Position numbers and translations under genes: made by a program. DNA of 64,000 nt from Phycisphaerae bacterium (GTDB taxonomy: Bacteria; Planctomycetota; Phycisphaerae; SM23-33): contig JBAZTO010000005.1 in assembly GCA_041661865.1 (NCBI GenBank), positions 28,128 through 92,127 of the forward strand. Reading direction: 5' to 3'. Positions 17,991-27,594 of this stretch are shown here, in pieces. Under the pieces are notes generated by a model. It was given only the letters and a program-made list of their open reading frames with translations, was not told the origin of the DNA and ran no database searches. How positions within the stretch are numbered: the stretch's first letter is position 1; each line of letters opens with the position of its first letter.

Positions 17991-20606
17991 CTACTTGCGG
18001 CGGCGAATCAGTGCCAGCGCGCCAAGGCCCAGCAGGGTCATGGTCGCAGGCTCGGGAACCGACTGCATGTCCGGCGCCCAGGCGGGATGGCTCCAGCCCC
18101 AGTTGCCGGCCAGCAGAGACAGGTCGCCGGTGCCAACGACGCCGTCGCCGTTGAAGTCGCCATTGTCCCAGCCCTTGCCGCTCATGCCCCAGCTACCGGC
18201 CAGGAGGGAAAGGTCGCCGGTGCCGACAACACCGTCGAGATTCGAGTCGCCGCGAACGGTGCCCAGGACGCCCAGAACTTCATTCACGTCGTTGGCATCG
18301 ACCTTAAGGTCGCCGTTCATATCGCAACTGAGGTCCATCTTCACCGCCTGGTCCAGGTTGGCCCAGTCGCCGAAGTTGGCAGTGACATAGTTGATGTCAT
18401 TGGCATCCACCGAGTAGTCATGGCCGCGGGGATCGGCCCCGGCGGCAGTGGTCTTGCCGGCCACGTCGGCCATGGCAGCGCCGGCGGTGTAAGGCTTGCC
18501 GGTCCTCAGCGTCGTGCCCTTGGCCGTGAAGTTGGGATCGGTCACGGCCAGCTTGGCGTAGTTGGCGTCGGCGAAGAAGCAGGTGCCTTTCAGGGCCATC
18601 CACTTCTGATCGACCTGCGTGAAGGCCGCCTTGCGGTTGAGTTTGCCGTTGGCGTCAATCGCCAGGCCGTCGGCAAAATAGCGGATGTCCAGCGAATCGA
18701 AGTTGCCGTCGCCGTTGAAATCGCCCAGAACCTCGGTGATCGCGAAATCGCCGGCCTGGTCGCCACGGTTGCCGCCGTGGTTGATGTTCTGCTCGAAGGT
18801 GCGAGGAGAGTTCAGAGCCACCATCATCTGATTGGCGTCAGCAAGATTCCTGGCGCCGTTGTCATCGAAATCGCCCGCGATCTTGTTGCGTTCCGCCAGC
18901 TTCAAGCCGCCGGCATAGGTTCTGCCGTTGGCGTCGGTGTAAGCGCTGGTGCTGCCGTCGCTGTACAACGTGCCGCCGGTGAGGGTGGTCCGCACGGGGA
19001 TATACCCGTTGGGGGCCGAACTCGTGCCGATGTCGTTGACCACGATGGTGCTGTTGTTTTGGGTGTACGTCTGTAGGGCTTCATTGACGGTGTTGGCGCC
19101 GAAACTGGTGGGGTTCGTCGCATCGGGCACTGCATCGATCGCGGCCATCGGGAAGTAGCTGTAAGCCAGGTATTCGCCCGGCATGTTGTAACTGAGATTG
19201 GAATCGGGATTGCCCGCGAAGGCCGCGATGCTTTCGGTGATGTTGCGGATGTAGGCCGCCGCGGCGCGGTTGCTCATCTGCGGGTTGCTGTTAAGCGCGC
19301 CGTAGGTGCTGTTGATGGCGGTGGCCTGGGGATCCCCGACGGTCACGAACGTCTCGGGGCCGCCGACCTGGTAGCCGGTGTTGGGGTCAGAATTGTCCAG
19401 AACGGTGGACACGGTCGGCCGGACATAGGGAGCGCTGCCGCGGTTGGCATCCTTCACACCGTTGGCGTCAATGTCCTTCTGGACATTGAGGATGTCGAAA
19501 CTGCCGCCGTTGGCGGGCGTGGCGGCGGAATCCAAGCCGGCATAGCCCACCATCAAACGGTGGTTCTTGACGCCGGCAACCATATGGCTGGTGCTACCGT
19601 AGTTGCTCGTCTGCGTGTTCTTGCCGATATTGCCCGAGCTGCTCGAAGTGGTCTGGTTGCCGATGTTCTCGCCCGCGCCGAAGGCGGGGTCGACGCCGAT
19701 GCTGTTCATCGCGCCGTTGCGAGTGCCGGAAGCCGACTCGCGAGTGCCGGCCACCAGGTTCTCGCCGTTGGGCATTCTGCCCGTCACGTAGAGATGCTGC
19801 AACTCGGTCATCTTGACGTTGCCGTCCTGGATGCCCGTGCCCTGGTTGGCCATGAAGGCGGTGGCCACCCACGACACCGTGGTGTCATAGACGGAGGTGG
19901 AATTGGCCACGGTGTTGGAGTCCGTGTCCACGGCGTTGAGGTTCAGAGCGCCCAGGCTGACCAACTGGTTGGTGAAACCGGTGCTGCTGGTCTTGGTGTT
20001 CTGCCCGTAGCCGTCCTGAGTGGGCTTCTTGTTCCAGGCGGCGTTGGAGGAAGAACCCGCCTTGACGAACCACGTGGTCGGCACGTCCATGACGGCGATG
20101 TCCACGTTGTTGGGCGTGACCGGAGTGCCACCGGGGTGATTGTTGGGGTCGCCCGTGACGCCCGGGGGACTCGCAATGGTGCCACCCGCGGCGAACTGCG
20201 TGCGGTTAATTATTGCGAAGGATGTCGCCGGCTTGAAGAGCGCGGGCGGACCATTGGCCTCAACCGGCTGGGTGTTGTAATAGGCCACCAGTTCGTCCAG
20301 GCCGTTGCCCGAGCCGGTCGCGCGATACTGGACTGTCCAGTACGGGCTGGCAAGGTAATTGCTGTCGGCCAACTGGTCGACGTAGGGCGAAGATCCCCAA
20401 AAGCCCTTGTTGCCGTCAGTGTCGACGTCGATGAAGTCGTTGGTGCTGGCGGGGGACTTGAAGAAGTTCTGGAACAAAGTCGCGCCGCCAATGTTCACTT
20501 GGCCAGTGTTGACGTAATTTGGGTCCGATGCCCGGGCCGCACTGACGGTGGTCAGCATCGCCGCCGCCAGAATCAAGCCCAGAATGCCATTGTTCTTAGA
20601 TAACAC
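17991..20606 (-). CDS. Large secreted PEP-CTERM protein with dockerin-type repeats; GTG start
   Basis: It has a signal peptide and repeated DxNxDGxVxxxD dockerin-like Ca-binding loops (DFNGDGNFDSLD, DSNLDGVVGTGD, DFNGDGVVGTGD). The C-terminus VPEPATMTLLGLGALALIRRRK is a PEP-CTERM sorting signal. Confidence 0.85.
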   Translation of the reverse strand: MLSKNNGILGLILAAAMLTTVSAARASDPNYVNTGQVNIGGATLFQNFFKSPASTNDFIDVDTDGNKGFWGSSPYVDQLADSNYLASPYWTVQYRATGSGNGLDELVAYYNTQPVEANGPPALFKPATSFAIINRTQFAAGGTIASPPGVTGDPNNHPGGTPVTPNNVDIAVMDVPTTWFVKAGSSSNAAWNKKPTQDGYGQNTKTSSTGFTNQLVSLGALNLNAVDTDSNTVANSTSVYDTTVSWVATAFMANQGTGIQDGNVKMTELQHLYVTGRMPNGENLVAGTRESASGTRNGAMNSIGVDPAFGAGENIGNQTTSSSSGNIGKNTQTSNYGSTSHMVAGVKNHRLMVGYAGLDSAATPANGGSFDILNVQKDIDANGVKDANRGSAPYVRPTVSTVLDNSDPNTGYQVGGPETFVTVGDPQATAINSTYGALNSNPQMSNRAAAAYIRNITESIAAFAGNPDSNLSYNMPGEYLAYSYFPMAAIDAVPDATNPTSFGANTVNEALQTYTQNNSTIVVNDIGTSSAPNGYIPVRTTLTGGTLYSDGSTSAYTDANGRTYAGGLKLAERNKIAGDFDDNGARNLADANQMMVALNSPRTFEQNINHGGNRGDQAGDFAITEVLGDFNGDGNFDSLDIRYFADGLAIDANGKLNRKAAFTQVDQKWMALKGTCFFADANYAKLAVTDPNFTAKGTTLRTGKPYTAGAAMADVAGKTTAAGADPRGHDYSVDANDINYVTANFGDWANLDQAVKMDLSCDMNGDLKVDANDVNEVLGVLGTVRGDSNLDGVVGTGDLSLLAGSWGMSGKGWDNGDFNGDGVVGTGDLSLLAGNWGWSHPAWAPDMQSVPEPATMTLLGLGALALIRRRK

Positions 20607-20733
20607 GTTGCTTCTCCTTGATTGGTTGATTGCAAAGTTCTCTCCGGTATCCTCGTCTTACGCTTCTATGTGTTAAGACCTCGAGACCTCCTTTCGCCGC
20701 CAGGGGCGGCTGGTGGTTATCTTCTGATTTCTA

Positions 20734-21768
20734 TTACGGAAGAACCTGGTTCGCTCCGGTCAGCGAGTAGTAACGGTCGCCCCACTCCCGGCCGGCCAGG
20801 GTTGCCTTGACGGTTTTCCGGTCCACGTGGCCGTCGCAGTAAAGGAAGTTGGCTGCGCCACCGTACTTGTCGTTGCCACCGGCATGCCGGCGCGCCACCG
20901 TGTTGATCTCCGCGCCGGCGCTGCCGTCGATGAGACCCTGCATTTCCTTGGTCTGGTCGTAGGACAGCAGGCCGGAGTCGGTGCTTCCGGCGGCGCCGTA
21001 GATGAATCCCGGCGTATTCAGCGGGGCGGCGTATTCATTCGTGCCCGCTCCGACATGGGTGAAAGGATTGATCGGGCGGTGGCTCTTAAGGAGGAGTCCG
21101 CCACCTTCCTGGATTGCCATGGCCGGCCAGCTTTCGATCTCCGCGGACAGGATCACGCCGCTGGTCCCGCCGACTCTGTCAGGCGAGACGAACTGATTGA
21201 TCCGCTGCCCGCCGGACAAGGCCGTGGTGAACTTGTTGCGAGGCATGAGCGCGGCATTGGCGGCAAAGGCGACGCGTGGTGCCTGGAAGTCGGTCAGCGC
21301 GTTGGGTGTACTCTGGCCGTTCTGGTCAACCTGGCCGTCCCCCCAATCGCCTGCCTGAGGGCCCGGGTTGGTCCGGGGCGCCCCGCCGTTGGTAATGCCG
21401 GGGCATTGGAAGGCGTTGAAATTGGTGGATTGCCCCATGTTGTAGAGGGCATACGACCAGTGCAGATAACCATACGGATGGTCCGCCGGCTGGTCGAGCA
21501 GGTTAAAGCTGCCGTCGGGGTTGTTGGGATACACGTATGAGGCCGGGAAGACTTTGTAAGTCGTCGAGTAGACATTCACCGCCAGTCCGACATTGCGGAG
21601 GTTGCTGGAGCATACCGCAGCCTTGGCCAAGTCCTTCACTCCGGCCAGCGAGGGCGCCAGGATGGCGATGAGCATCGCGATGATCGAGATGACCACCAGT
21701 AACTCGACAAGTGTGAATGCCGATGCCGTAACGCATTCTTCAGTTTGTGCCACGTTCATTCCTTTCAT
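20734..21768 (-). CDS. DUF1559 / prepilin-type N-terminal cleavage-methylation domain protein (Planctomycete H-X9-DG family)
   Basis: FTLVELLVVISIIAMLIAIL is a class III signal-like N-terminus, and YCDGHV is present near the C-terminus. An AGGAG RBS precedes the ATG at 21768. Confidence 0.85.
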   Translation of the reverse strand: MKGMNVAQTEECVTASAFTLVELLVVISIIAMLIAILAPSLAGVKDLAKAAVCSSNLRNVGLAVNVYSTTYKVFPASYVYPNNPDGSFNLLDQPADHPYGYLHWSYALYNMGQSTNFNAFQCPGITNGGAPRTNPGPQAGDWGDGQVDQNGQSTPNALTDFQAPRVAFAANAALMPRNKFTTALSGGQRINQFVSPDRVGGTSGVILSAEIESWPAMAIQEGGGLLLKSHRPINPFTHVGAGTNEYAAPLNTPGFIYGAAGSTDSGLLSYDQTKEMQGLIDGSAGAEINTVARRHAGGNDKYGGAANFLYCDGHVDRKTVKATLAGREWGDRYYSLTGANQVLP

Positions 21769-21926
21769 GAGCCTGCTCCTTAATGAAACCACTGTTCGTT
21801 CACTTCCCGGTTGTGAAGACCTGCCCGCCGCTACGCGAGAGGGTCTGCAACGCCCCGACACTCGTCTTGCGTGTCTGGGCCTTCATCATGCTTCATGTCG
21901 ATGTGATTCATATGATGCCCGCTTGA

Positions 21927-21939
21927 AGATTGCGCTAAC
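21927..21939. promoter_or_regulatory. Recurrent 13-mer AAGATTGCGCTAA, copy 2, upstream of the DUF1559 gene
   Basis: Exact match to the copy at 26811. Confidence 0.4.
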
Positions 21940-21958
21940 TCCCGATCATGATGAAGAC

Positions 21959-22147
21959 CTATTCCTCGTCATCGAACGAACCGCTGGGCACCAGGCCCTG
22001 CTCGAACAATCGCAGGCCCTCGCTGACCATTCGGGCATAACGCCGAATGTTTTCGCGACGCGTGAGGTCGGCAAGAATGTTGCGATCGTTGACATCCGCA
22101 TACCAACTGGGCCGAAAAGCTCTCAGCGTTTCCTGTTGTGCCTGCAT
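21959..22147 (-). CDS. Small hypothetical protein (~62 aa from the RBS-supported ATG)
   Basis: A GGGAGAG RBS lies before MQAQQETLRAF..., and there is no family match. Confidence 0.3.
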   Translation of the reverse strand: MQAQQETLRAFRPSWYADVNDRNILADLTRRENIRRYARMVSEGLRLFEQGLVPSGSFDDEE

Positions 22148-22337
22148 GGGTTCTCTCCCAATCATGCTGATTCGTAGCCCTCGTTCTGCCCTCGATTGTG
22201 CCCGCTCATTGCTTGGTATTGATTAAGGCGGCGAGAAAGGGGCGCGAAAGCGTTTCCCTTCGCATGGCACAGCGTTACGAGACCCTGGCCGCGTCGACGT
22301 CCAGGCAGCCCCAGTTGAAATGGTCGAAAAAGGATCC

Positions 22338-23249
22338 TCAGCCAAACCGGCCGGTGACGTAGTCCTCGGTCTGCTTGTGGACGGGCTTGGTGAAGATGAC
22401 GCGGGTCAGGTCGTATTCGATGAGATTGCCCAGGCAGAAGAACGCGGCACGGTCGCTGACGCGGGCGGCTTGCTGCATGTTGTGCGTGACGATGACGATG
22501 GTGTACTCGTTCTTGAGGCTGGTGATGAGTTCTTCGATCTTGGCCGTGGCGATCGGGTCCAGCGCCGAGCAGGGCTCGTCCATCAGCAACACCTGCGGCC
22601 TGGTGGCCAGGGCGCGGGCGATGCACAACCGCTGCTGCTGACCGCCGGACAACGCCAGGGCGCTCTTCCGCAGCGTGTCCTTGACCTCATCCCAAATGGC
22701 TGCGTGCCTGAGGCAATTCTCGACGATCTCATCCAGGTCGTTGCCTCCGCGAATTCCCTGCAACCGCGGGCCATAGGCGATGTTGTCGTAGATGCTCTTG
22801 GGGAACGGGTTGGGCCGCTGGAAGACCATGCCCACCTGCTGGCGGAGATTGACCAGATTGATCCGACGGTCATAGGCGTCCACGCCGTTGACCGCCAGCG
22901 TGCCTTGCGTCCGCACACCGGGGATCAGGTCGTTCATGCGGTTGATGCCGCGGAGGAAGGTGCTCTTGCCGCAGCCGCTGGGGCCGATGATCGCCGTCAC
23001 CGAGCGCGGGTAGATGTCCATGGTGATGTCCCGCACGCCGGCCTTGGCTCCGTAGTACAGGCAGAATTTCTCCGAGCGGATGATGGGTGTCATGGCTACC
23101 TGCTCGTGCTGAAAGGCGCCGTCTTGAAGGGGCGGCAAGGCCTGATTGACCGGGGTCTCGCCAATGCCTGCCAGCGTGGCCTCGGCCAGTTGCTCTTCTT
23201 CCAGGCTCAACATGTTGGGAATCCTCTCATCGTTCATGGTCCGCCTCAT
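22338..23249 (-). CDS. pstB: Phosphate ABC transporter ATP-binding protein PstB
   Basis: It has Walker [10 protein letters not shown], the ABC signature [14 protein letters not shown], and Walker [12 protein letters not shown]. Its start is 8 nt after the pstA stop. Confidence 0.9.
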   Translation of the reverse strand: MRRTMNDERIPNMLSLEEEQLAEATLAGIGETPVNQALPPLQDGAFQHEQVAMTPIIRSEKFCLYYGAKAGVRDITMDIYPRSVTAIIGPSGCGKSTFLRGINRMNDLIPGVRTQGTLAVNGVDAYDRRINLVNLRQQVGMVFQRPNPFPKSIYDNIAYGPRLQGIRGGNDLDEIVENCLRHAAIWDEVKDTLRKSALALSGGQQQRLCIARALATRPQVLLMDEPCSALDPIATAKIEELITSLKNEYTIVIVTHNMQQAARVSDRAAFFCLGNLIEYDLTRVIFTKPVHKQTEDYVTGRFG

Positions 23250-23256
23250 GCGATTA

Positions 23257-24882
23257 TCATTGGCCGCGCAGCCTCCTGGACACTCTCGCCCGCACGACAA
23301 TCGCGACCAGGTTCAGCACCAGCACCAGGCCCACCAGCGTCATGACGATGCCGTACTGGTTGTGCGGGGCCAGGGCGGCCATCTTGTCGCCGACGGCCAT
23401 GTCGTAGCTGCCGTAGGCCAGCGTCCGCGTCGGCTGGGCCAGCGAGGTCGGGATGGGCCCCATCGCCACGCCGGCGGTGAAGAGGATCGGCGCCGTCTCG
23501 CCGGCCGCCCGGCTCATGCTCAGGATCAGGCCCGTCAGGATGCCCGGCATGGCCGCCGGGAGCGTCACGGTCACAAAGCAGCGGAAGCGGCTGGCGCCCA
23601 GGGCCAACGAGGCCTCCTTGTACGCGCGCGGCACGGTGCGGATGGCCTCTTCGCTGGCGCGGATGACCACCGGCAGGACCAGCAAGGCCAGCGTCAACGC
23701 CCCGGCCAGGATGCTCGAACCTTCCGGCAGACCCAGACGCGGCAGCAGATAGATCACGAAGAACGCCAGCCCGAACAGACCGAACACGATGCTCGGCACG
23801 CCGGCCAGCGTATTGACGCACGTCCGCAGCACCCGCGTGAGCAGGTTGTCGCTCGCGCACTCGACCAGGTAGGCGGCCGCCACCACGCCGGTGGGCAACG
23901 CGAAGGCGATGGCCAGCAGGGTCACCAGCAGCGTGCCGATGATTTCCGGGCCCACGCCGCCGAAATAATGGCCGCTGATGTTGTCGTCGGTGAAGAACTG
24001 CCAATAGAAGGTCCGCTCCGGCAGCAGCATGGCGCGGAGGTTCTTGTACACATACGGGAACAGTTCCGCCATCTCCGTGCCGGCGAACTGGTCTGCCCGG
24101 CTGATACGCACCTTTCGTACCGGCTGGCCATCGCCTGGGCTCTCCCACTTCTCCGCCCACAGCAGCCGATCCAGTTGCTGCCCGGCCTGGTCCCAGCGCG
24201 TCGCGCCATACTGGTCCATCACCACCGCCGGCAGGCGATCGCCAGGCCGGGGGCCAAACAGACGCTTCACGGCCTCCTGCACTTCACCCAAGGCGACGGC
24301 GTACTCGCCCCGATAGGCCGGGTCCATCCTGATCAGGATCTGCCGGTACTGCCGGGCAACGTCGAAGTAGTTGGACGCGGCAGTGTCCTTGAGCGTCCCG
24401 TCTGTCGCATGGGCATCGACGCTGTCCAGGGCGGCCAACGCGACGGCCTTGTCCGTGGTCTCGAGGGCGGCCAGGAGTTGATCGCGGACCTGCTTGGATG
24501 TTTCCCGCGAGGAGGCGAGCGTCTGGGGCGGCAGATCGCGATTGTTCATCTGTAGGGTGAACTCGCGGTGAATCTGCCGCACGCGGGTCTGAAGCGCCGT
24601 CGTGTCGATGCCGGAGACGAAGCGGTCGAGAATCTCATAGGCCCGCGCGCGGACCTGGTTTGTGGCCTCGACCTGGGCAGCCAGGGCAGCCCGGTCTCCG
24701 CGATTGAACTGCTCCAATTGCATCCGGCGGAACTCCACCGTCCCGCCAAACACGACCGCGCCCGCCCCACGCCACATCATCGGCAACAGAATGGCCACCA
24801 GGGCCGTCACGATCATCGCCACCGCCAGTATCGCTGCCATCGTGAAGATGCGGTTGAGCCATTGGCGAAGGGCCACGTTCAT
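23257..24882 (-). CDS. pstA: Phosphate ABC transporter permease PstA, long form with an N-terminal extension
   Basis: It has a C-terminal permease core with the EAA-like region. Its ATGA start overlaps the pstC stop. Confidence 0.8.
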   Translation of the reverse strand: MNVALRQWLNRIFTMAAILAVAMIVTALVAILLPMMWRGAGAVVFGGTVEFRRMQLEQFNRGDRAALAAQVEATNQVRARAYEILDRFVSGIDTTALQTRVRQIHREFTLQMNNRDLPPQTLASSRETSKQVRDQLLAALETTDKAVALAALDSVDAHATDGTLKDTAASNYFDVARQYRQILIRMDPAYRGEYAVALGEVQEAVKRLFGPRPGDRLPAVVMDQYGATRWDQAGQQLDRLLWAEKWESPGDGQPVRKVRISRADQFAGTEMAELFPYVYKNLRAMLLPERTFYWQFFTDDNISGHYFGGVGPEIIGTLLVTLLAIAFALPTGVVAAAYLVECASDNLLTRVLRTCVNTLAGVPSIVFGLFGLAFFVIYLLPRLGLPEGSSILAGALTLALLVLPVVIRASEEAIRTVPRAYKEASLALGASRFRCFVTVTLPAAMPGILTGLILSMSRAAGETAPILFTAGVAMGPIPTSLAQPTRTLAYGSYDMAVGDKMAALAPHNQYGIVMTLVGLVLVLNLVAIVVRARVSRRLRGQ

Positions 24883-25859
24883 GCGTGCCCACCCCCCTTC
24901 GCGTGCGAGCGACGAAGCAGGTGTTCGCTCAGCAGATTGGTGGCGAAGGAGAACACCAGCAATATCAGGCCGACGGCGAACAGGGCGTGATAGTGGTCGC
25001 TGCCCTTGGGCGTTTCGCCCATCTCGCCGGCGATGGTGGCCGTCATGGTCCGCACCGACTGGCTCAGGTCCCACCAGGGCGTGGGGATCTGGCAGGCGTT
25101 GCCCGAGGCCATCCACACCAGCATCGTCTCGCCGATGGCCCGCATCATGCCCAGGATGATCGCCGCGATTATGCCGTTGTGAGCGGCCGGCACGACCACC
25201 TTCAGCAGCGTCTCGGCCCGCGTGGCCCCGCAGGCATACGACGCCTCGCGCAGGTCACGGCTGACGGCAGAGAGGGCATCCTCGGCCACGCTGACGATCG
25301 TCGGGATGGCCATGACCGCCAGCATCACCGCGGAGTTGAACGCGTTGGTGCCGGTGGGCAGGCCCAGGTATTGCTGCAAGGCCGGCGCGAGCACCAGGAC
25401 CGCGAAGAATCCGTAGGCAACCGACGGGATGGCCGCGAGAAGCTCGATGATCGGCTTGATCGCCTGGCGGGCGCGGAATGGGACGATGTCGCTCAGCAGC
25501 AAGGCCGCCAGGATGCCCGTCGGCACGGCCAGCAGCAGGGCTCCGATGGTCACATCGAGCGAACCGAAGATCAAGGCCAGCATGCCGAACTCTTCATGGC
25601 CGGCCGGCGCCTGCGGATACCATTGCGTCGAGCCCAGGGCCTCGCTGATGCCGCGGGACTGGAAAAACGGCAAGGCCTCACGGACGATGAAGATGAAGAT
25701 CAACCCCACCGCCACCACCGACGTGCCGGTGATGAGTGTCAGCAGGGCCTTGCCCGCGCGGGCTGCCAGCCACCCAACCCAATCCTGGGCGGGGGTAAGC
25801 AGCAGCGGCTGGTCGAAACCAGCCGCCGCCCGCTTATCGGGTTGTGATATCTGCGTCAT
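24879..25859 (-). CDS. pstC: Phosphate ABC transporter permease PstC
   Basis: It is a six-TM ABC permease and sits between pstS and pstA. Confidence 0.85.
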   Translation of the reverse strand: MTQISQPDKRAAAGFDQPLLLTPAQDWVGWLAARAGKALLTLITGTSVVAVGLIFIFIVREALPFFQSRGISEALGSTQWYPQAPAGHEEFGMLALIFGSLDVTIGALLLAVPTGILAALLLSDIVPFRARQAIKPIIELLAAIPSVAYGFFAVLVLAPALQQYLGLPTGTNAFNSAVMLAVMAIPTIVSVAEDALSAVSRDLREASYACGATRAETLLKVVVPAAHNGIIAAIILGMMRAIGETMLVWMASGNACQIPTPWWDLSQSVRTMTATIAGEMGETPKGSDHYHALFAVGLILLVFSFATNLLSEHLLRRSHAKGGGHA

Positions 25860-25880
25860 CCAAACCCCTCGGTACGACGC

Positions 25881-26726
25881 TTAATAGCTTGTCACCGGCA
25901 CGAAGCCCTTGGCCTCGATGATCTCCTGGCCCTTTTCGGTCAGGTAGAAGGTGCAGAAGGCATGCACGGCCGAGCCCAGGTCCGGGTAGCCGTTGGTGAA
26001 CAGGAACAGCGGCCGGCTGATCGGATAGACGCCGGTGGAAATGGTCTTCTTGTTGGGGGCGATGCCGTTGATTGGCAGGGCCTTGACCTTGTCATCCACG
26101 AAGCCGAGTCCGACATAGGCGATGGCGCCGGGCGTCGTGGTCACGCGGGCCTGGGCCTGCGGATTGGCGCTGACGTACTCGACCTTCTCGAACATCTTGG
26201 CCTTGCCCATGACGATGTGGTTGAAACTCTCGTAAGTGCCCGAGGAGGTGTCGCGGCTGATGACGACGATCGCCGCGTCAGCCCCGCCCAGTTCCTTCCA
26301 GTTGGCGATCTTGCCGGTGTAGATGTCGCGAACCTGCTCAAGGGTCAGGCCGGAGACCTGATTGGAGGGATGCACCACCACGCAGACGCCATCCATCGCG
26401 ATGGCGTGTGCGACAGGCATTCCTCCCTTATCCACGGCCTTCTTGAACTCCTCAGCCTTCATGAACCGGCTCATGGTCGCGATCTGGCAACGCCCGTCGA
26501 CCAGGGCGGCGGCGCCGTCGCCGCTGCCGGTCTTCTTGACGGTAATGGTGACATCAGGATACAGCCGCTTGAACGCCTCGGCGAAGGCGTCGGCAATCGG
26601 GCCAACTGTCGTGGAACCTTCAATCTGAAGTGTCCCCTTGACAGCCGCCGTCTTGGCCTCTTCCGCCACCGCCGTTGACGCCGCAACCATTGCCAGAGCC
26701 GCCACAACCGCCAGGTTTCTGATCAT
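25881..26726 (-). CDS. pstS: Phosphate-binding protein PstS
   Basis: It has a signal peptide and matches the PstS/PBP family (GSTTVGPIA, VISRDTSSGTYE). An AAGGAG RBS precedes the ATG at 26726. Confidence 0.88.
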   Translation of the reverse strand: MIRNLAVVAALAMVAASTAVAEEAKTAAVKGTLQIEGSTTVGPIADAFAEAFKRLYPDVTITVKKTGSGDGAAALVDGRCQIATMSRFMKAEEFKKAVDKGGMPVAHAIAMDGVCVVVHPSNQVSGLTLEQVRDIYTGKIANWKELGGADAAIVVISRDTSSGTYESFNHIVMGKAKMFEKVEYVSANPQAQARVTTTPGAIAYVGLGFVDDKVKALPINGIAPNKKTISTGVYPISRPLFLFTNGYPDLGSAVHAFCTFYLTEKGQEIIEAKGFVPVTSY

Positions 26727-26810
26727 CGTTCTCTCCTTGTAGGACTTTCTGTCATTGCTTCCCACGTTCATCATGCCCGGCCCGCGCTAAGCCCGCGCTG
26801 CGGCCGTATT

Positions 26811-26823
26811 AAGATTGCGCTAA
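26811..26823. promoter_or_regulatory. Recurrent 13-mer AAGATTGCGCTAA, copy 3, in the pstS-phoB divergent region
   Basis: It is 85-97 nt upstream of the pstS start. A TTGACA-N14-TACAAT element lies at 26843-26868 just before the phoB GTG. Confidence 0.4.
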
Positions 26824-26874
26824 GCCGCTACAGGAACCGTTGTTGACAGGATTGCAGGCCGTTACAATGGGGCC

Positions 26875-27594
26875 GTGGGAAAGAAGCGCATCGTCCTTAT
26901 AGAAGATGAACGTGACATGGCCGACCTGGTGGCCACTCGCCTCAAACGCGAAGGCTACAAGGTTGAAATCGCGCACGATGGGGGCGAGGGGTTGGAAATG
27001 GTTCGCTCCTCGCCGCCGGACCTGGTTCTGCTGGACCTCATGCTGCCGGGCCTGCCCGGCACTGACGTTGCCCGCCTGATGCGTGACGACGTGCGGACGG
27101 CCGGCGTGCCGATCATCATGCTCACGGCCAAGAGCGAGGAGAGCGACATCGTGGTCGGCCTGCGATTCGGGGCCGACGATTACGTGACCAAGCCCTTCAG
27201 CATGTCGGTGCTGGTGGCGCGAATCGACGCGGTGCTGCGGCGGGCCGCGGCCTCCCCCACTCCGGCCCAGGGCATTCTCAAGGCCGGGCCGCTCGTGATC
27301 GATCAGGGCCGGCACACGGTCGAATTGGAGGGTCAGATCCTGCCGCTGACACTAACCGAGTTCCGCCTGCTGACGGCCCTGGCGGCTGCCAGGGGACGGG
27401 TTCTCAATCGCAACCAGTTGATGGATCAGGCCCTTGGCGTCGACGTGATCGTCACCGACCGCACCATCGACGTGCATATGACAACCTTGCGGCGCAAACT
27501 CGGCGCCGCCCGCTCGTGCCTCCAGACTGTTCGCGGCGTGGGCTACCAATTTGAGGCCGGCTTGTCGGGTTCGGAGAACGATGAAGCCACATAG
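26875..27594 (+). CDS. phoB: OmpR/PhoB-family response regulator; GTG start, possibly leaderless
   Basis: It has a receiver domain (LIEDERDMADL...DLVLLDLMLPG) and a winged-helix C-terminus. It is adjacent to pst genes and a PhoR-like kinase. Confidence 0.8.
   Translation: MGKKRIVLIEDERDMADLVATRLKREGYKVEIAHDGGEGLEMVRSSPPDLVLLDLMLPGLPGTDVARLMRDDVRTAGVPIIMLTAKSEESDIVVGLRFGADDYVTKPFSMSVLVARIDAVLRRAAASPTPAQGILKAGPLVIDQGRHTVELEGQILPLTLTEFRLLTALAAARGRVLNRNQLMDQALGVDVIVTDRTIDVHMTTLRRKLGAARSCLQTVRGVGYQFEAGLSGSENDEAT

Noticed and set aside
22166-22337. GC hairpin with a GAAA tetraloop (gggcgcgaaagcg) downstream of pstB as a terminator
   Set aside because: The stem is imperfect and there is no U-tract on the relevant strand, which is too weak to annotate.
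26783-26870. Pho box upstream of pstS and phoB
   Set aside because: No match to the CTGTCAT-N4-CTGTCAT-type Pho box. The conserved 13-mer found here also precedes non-Pho genes, so it is not called a Pho box.
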